A stretch of 63,935 nt of DNA, counting the filler, from Reclinomonas americana ATCC 50394 (lineage: Eukaryota), in the NCBI GenBank assembly GCA_048213135.1. It is 4 parts of 2 records of this genome, joined end to end, with 100 filler letters (N's around TTAATTAATTAA, not from the genome) between each part and the next. Parts side by side here need not be neighbours in the genome. Positions count along the whole stretch, not along the records: positions 1 to 21,190 come from PS015023.1; 3 more parts are not named here. One strand, 5' to 3'. The position numbers were made by a program, and so were the translations under genes. The notes beneath the pieces were generated by a model. That model saw only the letters and a program-made list of their open reading frames with translations. It was not told where the DNA came from and did not search any database. Positions 1-13,369 of the stretch are shown here, in pieces; positions within the stretch are counted from its first letter, which is position 1; every line of letters starts with the position of its first letter.

Positions 1-109
1 CGAACGGACGAACTAGTTGTACGACCACCACACAAAGAACCCACCGACGCGACACGACACAACGACACACTCTCTCGCACACAACAGGACGTCGCGTCGT
101 ACGTACGAC

Positions 110-110
<1 letters not shown>

Positions 111-176
<66 letters not shown>
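111..176. repeat. (CA)n microsatellite
   Basis: Perfect CA dinucleotide run; similar (CA)n/(GA)n/(CT)n tracts occur at about 1867-2095, 3129-3154, 13138-13167, 13317-13362 and often border N gaps. Confidence 0.95.
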
Positions 177-178
<2 letters not shown>

Positions 179-839
179 GCAAGGAAAGAACCACATCCAC
201 ACTGCCGCAAAGGTTAAAAGTAGTACCGAGACACAAGACACCCAGCGCACCAATTGAGTAATATTCACACTCTCTCAACCGTGAAACGTGACACACATAC
301 AAGGACACTCGTACACAGCCTCCCATTTCGCGAGTCGCTTCTGCCGTCTCAATGACACACGCACGCAGCGCTGTACGCACAGAAAAACGCACGCACGCAA
401 ACGCAACACGTTCTCTCTCTCTCCCACAAACACCCACGCGCGAATCTCGCACGAACAACACATACTAACATGCTCAGGCTCACGCGCTAAGCCAACACAC
501 ACGACGGCCATATTCATGCATTCTCGCACACAAGAACAACCCGAACGCAATCGCACACGCAGAAGCCGCTCTCTCTCTCTCTCTTCCTCTTGTGCATTTT
601 AAACATGCGATAGTTGTGCCTCTCCCATCCCTTCCCTTCGCTCTCTCTGTGCCTCTATCATTCATTCTCTGCACGCGCTCGCTCTCTCTCTCCCTCTCTC
701 TCATACGCATTCCAAGCACAGGCGCTTGCTGTGCCTCTCCCACCTCTCGCGCGCTCTCTCTCTCACACACTCTCACACACGCTTTCTCATGCCCGACAGC
801 CTTCCCCTCTCCCATCCCTTTCCCTTCTCCCACACCCAC

Positions 840-1863
840 CGTGCAGAGCACTCAATGTACTTGACGGCATTGATGGTCTTGCGCATGGCCTCGCCCTCGG
901 CAAACGTCACGCTCTCGGGTCCCTCCGTGCGCAAATCCATCTTGGTGCCGACTGCACTCATGTCGACCAATGAGCGACGCCACACGTCTCTCTCTCTGTT
1001 GCTCACTAACGGCAACGCACCCAACACGAGAGGCACCGACGGCAAGTGGTGGCGAACCTCCGCAAACCACTTCTCCTTGATGTTGTTCAGCGAGTCTCTA
1101 GAGTTCTGCGCTCACCAATCATCAGCTGGGCGAGCACTCATGGAGGAGAGAAAAGGAGTAGGAGAAACAAACCAACGCAAAGCACAAGGCGACGCAGTGT
1201 GTGCCGTGGTAGCTCAATGGACGCAAGCTGTTACAAGGCATGCAAAAGTGAGCGCATCGCCGTCATCACGAGGAGAGAGAAGGAGAAAGCATCGCAGCAC
1301 CGGTCATAGTCCTCCTGCCCAGCCGTATCCTGCGCAACGACGATTCAGTCAACGCACTCAACTCATCCCTTCACCCTCCCTTCCTTACGCACCCACAGAT
1401 GCAGAGCAATACTTGATCCGTCGACAGAGACATTGCACTGCGCGGCACGCAATGAGCACACGCGAGGAAGCTCCACAAAACAAGAGCGACTCACCGTGTA
1501 GTTGTCAAAAACTGAAATGGTGATGCGCGCACCACACACAAGTCAGTCAAATGCACATGCAAACAACACACACAAAACACCAACCTGTGGGTACATACTG
1601 TGTGCGACACACAAAAAAAGTCAACAAACACATTCCTCCGACTCACAAACAGGCACAGACAGACAGACAAACCTCCTCGGGGAACTTGCCCTGTGTGTAC
1701 GCTGCAACACACTAATCAACAACAGGAAAAACACACACGAGCACACAGAGATGCACACACACACACAAGCACACACACACACACACAAAGGCACACTCTT
1801 TTCTCTCTCTCGCACACACACACTCGCTTACACACACTCATACACAGATTCACACACAAACAG

Positions 1864-1925
<62 letters not shown>

Positions 1926-2356
1926 AGAGAGAGACACACACACACAACGGCACACACTTTCTCTCTCTCACACACACTCACACACTCACACTCACACACA
2001 TACACACACAAACGCACACTCACACACACACACACACACTCGCACACTGACACACACAAACGCACACACACACACACACACACTGACACACACACATTCT
2101 CTATCAGACACACTCTTTCCCTCACACTCACACACACTTTCTCCCTGCTTCCCTCCCTTCCTCTCCCCGCCCTCTCCCTCCCTCTCTCTCATACTCACAA
2201 AACAACAGTGATGTCTGCGAGAGTGCGGAGAATGAGTCGCCACGAAATAACACATTATCATGGTGTTTTCCTCACGATAACCATCACCTTTCCTACGGCT
2301 CCGTCGCCGACGACCACACACTTGATGTTGACGTTGGGTTCTTGCGACGCTGCCAT
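840..2356 (-). CDS. Rho-family (Rac/Cdc42-like) small GTPase, 10 exons visible, 3' end not found in window
   Basis: Manual GT-AG splicing gives [127 protein letters not shown]...KYIECSA (G1-G5 boxes, YVPTVFDNY effector loop). Confidence 0.93.
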
Positions 2357-3124
2357 TCTATATTTGCAAAAAAACACAAAAACACATATGAGTGAAAAGC
2401 ACGCGCGCGCACAGGCAGTGACTAAGAATAAAGACACACAGACACACAGGAGAGTGAGCAGTGAGTGTGTGAGAGAGAGAGCACACACACGCGAGATGAC
2501 CGGCAATGACGCGTCACAAAAACACACGCAAAAACACACACGCGCGCGCGCTCATTTCTCCTGTCGTCTTGTCTTCTCCTCTCTTGCGCGCACACTATGC
2601 AGAGAGACGCACACACCTCTTTTCCGCACGAGATAAGTAAAGGGCCCACACTGCGCTCCGTTGACTGGGACGGGCTGTGGATTGCGCAGAACACATACTC
2701 GGACGCGGAAAGGTGACTTGCTCTCTTGCTCACACTCTGTTACTCTCTTTGTGTGTGTGTGCGTGTCTGTTCGTCTCTGCTTGCCGTGAATGATTGGAGA
2801 GAGTGACATGAAAAAAGTTTACCATATATGGTCATGTCGTCTTGCGCATATGCACTCACACTTTTTCTCTGTCTTTCTTTTCCCGCGCGCGTGCGTTTGT
2901 GTGCGTTTATACTGAGGCACACACAGAGAGAGTGTGTGTGAGAGAGAGAGTGAGTTGATCCGACTTTCTAGACCGAGCGGTTGCCTATATAGGCTGCATG
3001 CTCTTTCTCACACACTCACTCTCACACTCATACACTCACACTCTCTCGCACACAAGTCATTCATTGATGCATTCATTCATTCACAAATGCACATTCATTT
3101 CTCATTCACTCAGACACAGTAATT

Positions 3125-3155
<31 letters not shown>

Positions 3156-3385
3156 GAGTGGCTCGCTCACAGACACACACTCACACACTCCTTCATTTAC
3201 ACACTTGAGAGAAAGAGAGGGCTCTCTCGTACACAGACGCACGCACACTCACACTCACTCCTTCACTCACTCTCTCTCACTCTCATTCACTCACTCACTC
3301 ACTCACTCCTTTACTCACTCACTCTCACTCACCCTTCCCTCCCTTCCTCCTTCTCCTTCCCCTTCCCCTTCTCTCTCTCTCTCAG

Positions 3386-6300
3386 ATGCGGCGACTTGCA
3401 CACAAGTCGAATGCCTCTGTGCTGGTGATTGTGGTGCTGCTGTTGGCGACTGTGGCGGTCGGTGATGTGTATCTGCATTCGCCTCCGGGAAGCAACAATC
3501 GGTGAGTGTATGAGGGGAAGAGAGAGGAAAGCAGGCTTGACGGGTCTTCCTTCACTCCGTGCTCCTCTCCTCTCTCTCTCTCGCTCATCTTCCTCCCCAT
3601 CACACCGCAGTCTTGTTTCACTCTGTTCCGTATGTCATTGGCGCTCGTCGCTCTTTTGTCGGTCCCTCTCTGCCTTTTCTTCCTACCGGTGTCTCTTCGC
3701 TTCGTGTCCATTTCGTCTCTCTCTCTCTGTTCTCTTTCTGCTCTCTCTCTCTTCCTCTTTTATCACTTCCACCTTCTCCGTTTCATTCTCTCTTATCCTC
3801 GTGTCATTGGCGCGCTCGTCCCTCTTCTGTCGGTCCCTCTCTGCCTCTTCTTCCTCCCAGTGTCTCTTCGCTTCGTGTCCTGTTCGTCTCTCGTCGTCTC
3901 TCTCTGCTCTTTCTCTCACTTTTCTATCACTTCCTCTTTCCCTCATTTCAGTCTCTCTGTTCCTGATGACTTCGGCTTCTTTTGCATCCTTCTTCTGCCA
4001 GTCCCTTTCTGCCCCCTCTTTCTCCCATGTCTCTTCAGTTCGTGTTCTTGCATCTCCCTATCCTCTTTACTCTGTTCTCACCTTGCGGGTCATTCCAGCA
4101 CCCTTCTTTCTGTCGCGTTCGTTCCTCATTAATCATTCTCGTTGCCCACTCTTTCCCCTCACCCGCCATTTCCCTCTTGCAGCCTGAACGAGGACACCAA
4201 CAACCGAGCCAACAACAACCGGTGCGCTTGTTTTTCACCGCTTCACCATTCTCTCTCCTCTCGCCACTCATCTCTTCCCCACCCCTCGCAGCCTGTTCAA
4301 CTCACAGAACAACAACCGTGGTGGCTACAACGTGGGCGAGAACTGCCCGAACGGCTGGTCCGACATTTCTCCGTCGGATGGTCACACGAGCGGAACGTTG
4401 CGCACATTCCTTCTGCATATCCTCCACTCTCTCCACCCACTCACTCGTGGTGTGCGCTGCGACACAGTCGAGTCACATGCACGGGCGCCGCCGATGGCTC
4501 CGTGGCCGACTTGTCACAGCCGCAAGAGCAAGTTACGCGCGCGCACACACTCGTCTCTCGTGTGGTCTTGTTGCTCATCCAACGACACAGGGTCCCTTGC
4601 GGTATCTCGAGGACTCGCTGGTGTACATTGAGTGGACGAACCAGCACGCCTGCGGTCAGCAGCAGGGCAAGGTGTTCTGCAACATTGTGCTGCAGTACAT
4701 GTGCTGGCCGGTGCGTGTTGATCCATGTCTCTCTCAGCTCGTCCATGTCTGGTCCTTCCCTTGCCCACTCCATTGTTCTCGCTGAATCTGTCTCTCTCTT
4801 TCTTTCTTTCTTTCTCTCTCTCTCTCTTCGACATCTTGATCAATCACGCTCTGTACCTATCTCGCTCCTCGTCCTCTCTGTCCATTCTTCTCTTTATTCG
4901 CGTTGCTTTCTCTGACTCGCTCGCTTTCTCTCCCATGCTTCGTCGCCCTGCACTCCCTTCTTGTTCGTGCAGTAATGTATTCCTTCACTTCGTTGCGTGT
5001 GCTTCCTCTCATTTGATCGCTTTCTCTCCCTCGCATCCTCCCACTCTCTGTTAGTCCATAATTCCGCGTATCCCTCTTTCCCCCTCTCTCTCTCGTTGTT
5101 TCCTCTCCTCTCTCCACTCTTCCCTCTACCCTTTCCTCCCTCACACCACCTCCCTTCCCTATATGGCACAGGGCACACCCGCCAACCCCGTCGGCTACGA
5201 GGGCGAAACCACCGGTCTCACCGACGGCACCACCCCGAACGGCAACCAACCCGACATTGGCCAGCACGAGCCAACGACCTTTTACGAGAAGTGCCGCACC
5301 CGCAAGCGCAACGATGGTCTCTACAAGGCCGACCAAAACCTGCCGGCCAACTCCAAGGCGATTAACACGCGCCAGAACCCGAATGGTGAGTGCACGGAAT
5401 ATCTCAACTCTTTACACGCACGCTGTCAATACGTACCTCTGTGTGTGAGCCTCTCTGTCATTGGAGGAAGAGTGGGGGAAGGAAGGAAGAAGGAGTGAGG
5501 GGTGATGGAAGGAACCCCTTGATCCTTGACCTTCTTTTCACCTCGTTGATGTTGCCAGCACTCTGTCAGTGGGGGATGAGTGGAGAAGTGAAGGAGGGAG
5601 GGGGGAGACGGAAGGAACCCATTGACCCTTGACCTTCTTTGCACCTCGTTGATGTTCCCAGCACTCTTCTTCACCATTCTCCGCTCTCATTTTCGCTCGA
5701 TCACGCAACCTTCCTTCTCGCTCGCTTTCTCCGATTCTTGCCCACTCCTCGCCACTTGGGTCTGTTCTTCTCTTTCGGTTCGTCTCTCTCGCTCACGACT
5801 CCTTTCACCGTCTCCCCATACTTCCCCTCACCCTTCTCCCTCTCCCCTCACCCTTCCCCTCACCCTTTTCCTCGCCCTTCTTCTCACCCCTTTCCCTTTC
5901 CTTCCCCCACTCCCTTCTCTTCTCACTTTGCTTTCGCCGTCTCCTTCCCTCCCCTCCTGCCTTCCCCCTCACCCTTTCCTTCCCCTCTCCTCACCCTTTC
6001 CCTCCTCATCCCCTCCCTTTCTGCAGGCAACCGCTCGGGCTCGGAGTGCCCGGAGGAGCGCGACTACTACCCCTACTGGCACCCGAGCCCATGGGTCGAC
6101 GTCGCCGTGTTCACCGACGAACCCGGCCGCTGCTCGTACTACAAGCAAAACTCCGGCAACCGCAACCCGAAGAACGAGTGCGCCTGCTCATCGTCCTGCA
6201 CGGCCGGCTCCGACCAGGCCGCCGCCTGCTGGCAACACAACACCGAAACGGGCTGCTCGGTGAGCACCCACCGTCGCTCGTCCTCTTTGCTCTTTCTGCC

Positions 6301-8549
6301 TAACTTGTCGTCTTGGGTGTGCAGGCGGAGGCCGGTTGCCAGTGGGTACAAAAGACGCACGTCGATTTCTGGGACACCACATTCGACTCAATGAGCCCGA
6401 ACAACCTCCCCGAGGTCGAATGCATCGAGACTCCCTTCAACCGCGACAACCATCTCGGTGACAATCCCATGGGCACCAACAACTACTACTGGTGGCGTGT
6501 GCCGAGCACCAGCCAGGCGTGCGGTGCCAATGGCGCCGACTGCGAGATGTGCACTTTCCGCCTGCGCTACAACATCACCACTGCCGACTACAACAACCTG
6601 CAGCAGTGGCAAGTGGCCGACAATGCCGTGTGGCAGAGTTGCGGGATTCAAACTCTCTTTGCACCTCCTTCGCTTCCTCATCATCGCTCTGCTGCATCGC
6701 AGGCCTCAACAAGCCCGTCGACTACTTCTTTGTCGACAGTCGCTTGAATGGCGCGCAGTCGATTCTCATGGACGGTGTCTCCAATTACTTTGCACGCAAC
6801 CAAGGTGGGTGTCGCACGCAGGCACACGCAGGTCACAGTGAGTGAGAGAGGGAGAGAGGAAGTTGGAGAGAAGCGAGACAGAGAGGAGAGAAGAGAAGAC
6901 AAAGAAATATGAGAGAGGAGGTGCAATGACATGGCTCGTGTCTCTCTGTGATTCCCCCTCTGCTCTCCAGTTCTCGTCGTCATTTTGTGACATATTCCTT
7001 TCAATTTTGTCTCTTCTCGCGCGCACTCTCTCTCCACGTCTTCTGTTCGTTTTTGCTTCTCCCCTTCTCATCCACATTACTCTTTCATTACTCTGTCTCT
7101 GTTCCACTCGTTTGTTTCTCCCCTTCTCGTCCCTTCTCGCCTCTTTCTTGCCTTCTTCACTCACTCTTTTCTCTTCATCTTCTTGTTCCCATCACAATCT
7201 GTGTCACTTGTGTGCCTTTCTGACTGTCTCTTGCTGCTCTCTCTCCTCATCCTCCCTCCCCTCCCTCCCCTCCCCCTTCCCATTTCACAGACGTGGACAC
7301 CCAAGTCGACGGCGCCCTCCGCCTCGCCCTCAACACCGCGCAGACCGGCCGCACCTTCCAAGACCGCACGCACCGCTTCGTGATTCAGAATCGCTCACTG
7401 CACGGCATCGGCGACCAAGACTGCATCATCAACGTGCTGCGGCGCGGTCGCCGCGGCAACATTGTGCAAGTGTATCCGGCTGTGGAGTACGACTTTACGC
7501 CGAACTACCTACACATGTACACGCAAGACTACGTCATGTGGCAGTGGACCGGGTCGAACACGCAGCCAGCCGGCAACGAAGGCGAGGGCAAGGCGCAGAC
7601 CGATCGCTCCAACCTGGTGGAGCTGGAGGACCTCATGCTCAACCTGCCGCGTCCGTGGTCGGAGGATGTGATGAACAAGTTGTTTGACGACCGCAACGAG
7701 GCCATTCGCTATGCCACCTCTGGCAAGTGCATCAGTCCGCAGGATTGCACGGTACGTTGTGTGTGAGAGAGAGAGAAGTGTGGAGAAGTGCAGAGATCAT
7801 GTGTGTGGGCCTGCGTGTTTTGTGTGCGTGTTTGTGTGTGCGAGGTTGTGTGCGTGTGTTTTGTGCCTCTTGTGAGCCTTTCTGTGTCTTTCCATGCCTC
7901 TGTACGCATGTGTGCCTCCTGTGAGCCTTTCTGTGCCTCTCCGTGCCTCTGTGTCTTTCCATGCCACTTGTGAGCCTTTCGGTGCCTTTCCGTGCCTCCG
8001 TGTGTGTGCCATTCTGTGCCTGTGCGCGTGTGTGCCTCTTGTGAGCCTCTCTGTGCCTTGTCGTGCCTCTGTGTGTGTGTGCCTCTCGTGAGCCTCTCTG
8101 TGTTTTTCGTACCTCTGCTCCTGCGTGCCTGTGTGTGCCTCCTGTGAGTCATTCTGTGTCCTTCCATCCCCTGTGTGTGTGCCTTGCTGTGTCATTCCGT
8201 GCCTGCGCGCGTGTATGCCTCTTGTGTACCTCCTGTGTGTCTTTGTGTGCCATCTCATGCCTCTGTGCCTTTCTGTGCCTTTCCGTGCCTCTTGTGTCCT
8301 CCCTGTGCCCTTCCGTGCCTTTGTTTACCTCCGTGACCAACCTTGTGTGTTTAGGTCAACGCAACTCTGGACGACGCTCCCGCCTACTTCCTCGGCGGCA
8401 GGAAGCCCATGCGCGGCGGCAAGTGGTACTACATGGACACGCGCAACAACAATTTCTCGAATCGCAGCACCAAGGCCACGATCGAAGTGAGCGGCACTCG
8501 CACCGGCCCCTGCGCGGTGCAGTACCCACCGCAGCAGCAACTCCTCTAG
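3386..8549 (+). CDS. DD3-3-like secreted protein, multi-exon
   Basis: Signal peptide, then DVYLHSPPGSNNRLNE...[140 protein letters not shown]; TAG at 8547-8549. Motifs recalled from the Dictyostelium DD3-3 family. Confidence 0.85.
7850..8330. repeat. Degenerate intronic minisatellite (GTGCCT / GTGAGCCT units)
   Basis: Many imperfect copies of GTGCCTC(T/C)TGTGAGCCT(T/C)TCTGT inside the last DD3-3 intron. Confidence 0.8.
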
Positions 8550-9692
8550 ACCCACGTGCTTGCTCGTCTTTTCTCTTTACTCTGTGCATAGTTCCGTCTG
8601 CTCCTCTCGGCGAGTGAGCCATTCATTAAAACCTCGCAATAACAACAGTTTCCCAATGCAACAAAGTGTTCACTGCGGTTTTCGCGCGTGGCGGCAAGCT
8701 TTTTCTTTCTNNNNNNNNNNNNNNNNNNNNNNNNNNNNNNNNNNNNNNNNNNNNNNNNNNNNNNNNNNNNNNNNNNNNNNNNNNNNNNNNNNNNNNNNNN
8801 NNNNNNNNNNNNNNNNNNNNNNNNNNNNNNNNNNNNNNNNNNNNNNNNNNNNNNNNNNNNNNNNNNNNNNNNNNNNNNNNNNNNNNNNNNNNNNNNNNNN
8901 NNNNNNNNNNNNNNNNNNNNNNNNNNNNNNNNNNNNNNNNNNNNNNNNNNNNNNNNNNNNNNNNNNNNNNNNNNNNNNNNNNNNNNNNNNNNNNNNNNNN
9001 NNNNNNNNNNNNNNNNNNNNNNNNNNNNNNNNNNNNNNNNNNNNNNNNNNNNNNNNNNNNNNNNNNNNNNNNNNNNNNNNNNNNNNNNNNNNNNNNNNNN
9101 NNNNNNNNNNNNNNNNNNNNNNNNNNNNNNNNNNNNNNNNNNNNNNNNNNNNNNNNNNNNNNNNNNNNNNNNNNNNNNNNNNNNNNNNNNNNNNNNNNNN
9201 NNNNNNNNNNNNNNNNNNNNNNNNNNNNNNNNNNNNNNNNNNNNNNNNNNNNNNNNNNNNNNNNNNNNNNNNNNNNNNNNNNNNNNNNNNNNNNNNNNNN
9301 NNNNNNNNNNNNNNNNNNNNNNNNNNNNNNNNNNNNNNNNNNNNNNNNNNNNNNNNNNNNNNNNNNNNNNNNNNNNNNNNNNNNNNNNNNNNNNNNNNNN
9401 NNNNNNNNNNNNNNNNNNNNNNNNNNNNNNNNNNNNNNNNNNNNNNNNNTTTTTTCTTTTTCTTGAGCAAACAACGGCGCATACAAGTACACAGACACGC
9501 ACACACACACGAACGGAGCAAAAAAAGCGAGAGGACGAGGATAGCGTGAGAAGAACGGAAGGGGGGAAGAGAGAGAAGAGAGAGAACAGAGCAAGGAGCA
9601 AGGCGCAGCAGCAACAGCGAACACACGACAAAGACGCGAAGAACAACAATATTGGTGGGCCCAGTCGACCTGAGCGAACGAGCGAGCGTGGA

Positions 9693-10720
9693 TCAATCGT
9701 CCTTCAGCGATGATCCGGAAGCCGGTGATTCGGGGAAGTGCAGGTCGTCCTGGATCAGCACGTTACCATAGTGGTCGATGCAGAACCTTGTTCGTACGGT
9801 CTTTCTGGTGGGGCTCACGGAGCGGAGAGCTGCCAAAAAAGCGTGAGTGCATGGAAGGGATTGTGCGCGGGGCTTCCTGACGCAACTCTCGTGCAGCGAC
9901 GGTCCTGCAGGCATGGTGGAGGCCAGCGGTGTGGAGTGTACGAGGTTGCGTTTCATGGAGGCGGCCAGGGTGGCCAGCGACGGCCCGATGGGAGCTCCGT
10001 TGCGACCATTGACACGAGGATGAGTCAGCGACTCGAACGTGTCGAGCATGCTCATCAAGCGTTTCTCCTGCGCCGTCTTGTCTTGCAGTTGCCGCTCAAT
10101 CTCTAGCCGTGCACGCCTCTCCGCCGACAGCTCTTGTTCCAGTTGCGTGAGCCTCTGCGCATTGCGGGGTGGTGAGCATGCATGCGCCGGGAGGCAGATT
10201 CCAAACACCCCCTTTAGTGGCACGACACGCACCGCCGAGATGTCCTCGGAGTGATGCGAGCCCTTGGAGTACGCTGACTGCATTGTCGACGGGCGTGACT
10301 GCTGACGCGACGAGCTCGAGGCCACCGTGCTCACCGACACTGACGACGAGGCGTGTGAGAGGGCCGACGGAGGTCGACTGTTGTGCGGCGTCGCCAGCGG
10401 CGAAGTCAATTGCATCATCTGTGACTGCGAGTGCGAGTGTGCTGGACCGCGAGGCCTCTACGCACAGAAGAAAAGCAAGACACAAAGGGGTTGCGTCAGC
10501 AAGAGATATCGATGACCAAAACAGCACAAACAAACACAAAGTCATGCACCGTCTTTGTTGGACTCGATCTGTATATATGCCATTCACGCAACAAGAGAAA
10601 GATCAGCAATCACATCCGCGACTGTTGTGTACACAACAAGCACGGTGACTTGATCTCTTCTGCTCTTACCGTTCTGGGGACGGGGGTCTTCCCGATCCAT
10701 TTCTGCGCCCTTCAGCCTCC
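9693..10720 (-). CDS. Hypothetical coiled-coil/low-complexity protein, multi-exon, 5' end uncertain
   Basis: Spliceable exons KWIGKTPVPRTVRAEEIKSP|SSPTKT|RPRGPAHSH...EDISA|RLTQLEQELSAERRARLEIERQLQDK...DDLHFPESPASGSSLKDD*. Confidence 0.6.
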
Positions 10721-11199
10721 GCTCGATGTCGCTTCGTCAGTTGCGTGTGGTAATACATGGCTGAGATGCGAGGTTGGGAGAGAGAGAGAAAAAGCTAACC
10801 TAGAGGCGAGGAAAGAGTGGGCACGAGGAGAGGTGCGAGATGTCGATCTACACCAACAGCACACGCACCACGCACACGCGTTCTTCAGCTCCTCACTTCA
10901 GAGTATTGCGTATGGCGAGATGGCACTTGTGCGCGTGAGAGAGAGAGAGAGAGTCGCACAAAATAGACGAGCTCGCTCTCGATCAGACAAACGCAAAGAA
11001 ACGGAGAAAACGCACTGCTGACTCATCCCTTTACAGTCAAGGGGGACACCCCTTTTTTGCGAGAGAGATTTTTTTGGGGGATGGGACTTTTTAACGGTGG
11101 GCGCCTGTGCAAGTCGGACGTGCACAGCTTGCGAGACCTGGTGAGGGTTGGGGGACACCTCCGNNNNNNNNNNNNNNNNNNNNAACGAGGTGAAAAAAT

Positions 11200-13133
11200 G
11201 GTGGACAATGACAATCCTGGCGAGCCAACCCTTTTGCCCCCTCACACCAAACACAATGTCAAAGAAGTCGCCTTCCACAGTCACTCCCATGCTTCTCCCA
11301 CTTCCCGGGTTCGCCAAGGTCGCCGTGCAAGAAGTCGGCGAGGGCGTCTTCCGCTACTTTCGTTACTGTGACTTGTCTTTTCTATGTGCATGTTTTCCCG
11401 CGCGCACTCACGATGCATATTATGCGCTGCTTTGTTGTTGTTGTTGCAGCAATGGTGGCGTCGTTTGTGGGCTTTGATGAGCACGCGGACGAGCATTTGA
11501 CGCAGTTTGTCGCGGAGGAAGCCGCGTCTCTTACACAGTGGGCGCAAAAGGTTTACACACGCACGCTGTTCTCCCTCGCGCTCTCTCTTGTCTCTCTGTT
11601 CTCCTTCGATCGCTTGCTCTGTGCTGCATCAGTCATACACACGTGCATTGCATCAGCGACAGCGCTTGTCACACTCATTTTCTGTTGTGGTTTGTGGTGA
11701 CAGAATCACTTCCGTGTGCTGGCCACTGGCGAGAGTGAGCACGACGACAGTGACGAAATTGGTCGTGTGTTTGCGCGTGCGCAGTTGGAGAACGAGGCAC
11801 CATTCATCTTCCGCTCTCTGGCCGCCTTCTCTGCCTCCGCCATCAATCTCCTCCCGTCATTCTCTGTTGTCACACCGCTCTCATGTTGCGCACTCTCAAA
11901 CACAATGGCTGCTCTTTGCATTGCTCATTTCGATGGTCGATGTTGCGCAGCGAGTGAAGCTGCAGCGGTGATTGACGACGCAGATTCGCAAAAGGCGATT
12001 GGTGCATCTGCATCGTCGGCATCTACGTCTGTGGTGCAGGTGCAGCCGCCTGCAGAGTTGATTCTGGCGTACACGGGGCACGGTGCACCGGGATCCTCGT
12101 CGTGGAGCTTGCGAGGCGGGGATGGGCGACCGCAGCGTCTGTGTTGCGATCGTGTGTTGGGCGAGATGCAGCACTTTGTCGGCAAGGTTCTCTCACTCTC
12201 TCTCGCGTGCGCGATATCGCTTGTCTGGTGCGTGCTGAATGGGAGTGGCAGTGCTTGATGCGGCGGCGATGCCCCGTCAAGCGTTTCTTTATCATTGCGA
12301 ATTGTGCGGATTCGGGCTCGTGGGTGCAGCGGTTAGAGCAAGTCAGTCGTGGCGTAGAAGGTGCGAGTTTTTTCCACTCGCCGTTGTCGTGTGGTCGGTC
12401 GCTCATCACACTCGTGGGGGGTGGGAGGTAGTGTGTGTGACCATCCAGTCGTCGGGTCCTGCACTGGCCGAGGGCTCTGCCGAGTCGCGACGGTCTTCGC
12501 GTCCCAATGTGTTCATGCCGGCCTTCCTGCGCTACCAGGACTACCGGCGGCGACTGCGAGCACGGTCACCTATTCCGTATCCGCAGGCGTTCCAGCTGCG
12601 GCAGTGCCTGCTGACGCTGCTGCAGGTCAACGGCGGTGCCTACCCGCAGTACTATTGTTGCGTTGGCGTCTTCATCCAGATCTCTGTCGTCGAATGCACT
12701 ATCTCACTCGCCGTGGATGACAGGTCTCGGCACACCGTCTGAATTCGTGCACCCTCTCGGTACGTGGTTTGTTGCCGACAACATGATGTGTTGCACCGCT
12801 ACTCACCGACGCGCCCGCGTACACAGGTCAAGTCGAGTTTGAGGCCACGATGCACGACCTCAACGCCAGGTGCGAAAGCTCGCACACACACACACACACA
12901 CCAAGACACCAACATGCACCCCTGCTGCGACTGATCGATTCCTCACAGACTCAAGCCGTCGCTGTTCACACCGCGCTCCATCGTCAAGGAGATCATGGGT
13001 GAGACCAGCCGCCCCACCAACACACGGACAGGCGACTCATCCACAGCCAAAGAAGAGGAGGAGGGCGGCATACCATTGGCCGCCATTGTCGGCGTCGTCG
13101 GCGTTATGGCAGGCACGTGCACTCATCCATCGC

Positions 13134-13170
<37 letters not shown>

Positions 13171-13313
13171 NNNNNNNNNNNNNNNNNNNNNNNNNNNNAA
13201 CGAAAGGAAGGAAGGGGACGGGGCGGACGTACCTACTTACGGTCCGGCCGACTTCGTTCGGTCGGTCGGTCGGTCGGTTCGTTCGGTTGCGACGGCGACG
13301 TCGCACTCACTCA

Positions 13314-13369
<56 letters not shown>

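Noticed and set aside
13-3465. His-Thr, Cys-Val, Arg-Glu and Leu-Ser repeat ORFs
   Set aside because: Translations of (CA)n/(GA)n microsatellites in introns and intergenic DNA.
4417-4425. ATATCCT as a U12 donor in DD3-3
   Set aside because: Lies inside a canonical GT-AG intron; no U12 branch site downstream.
7850-8330. CRISPR-like array
   Set aside because: Degenerate units without unique spacers, intronic, no cas genes.
8546-9713. Long ORFs crossing N runs (also 55377-55779, 59779-60641, 62983-63213)
   Set aside because: Length is due to X residues from assembly gaps.
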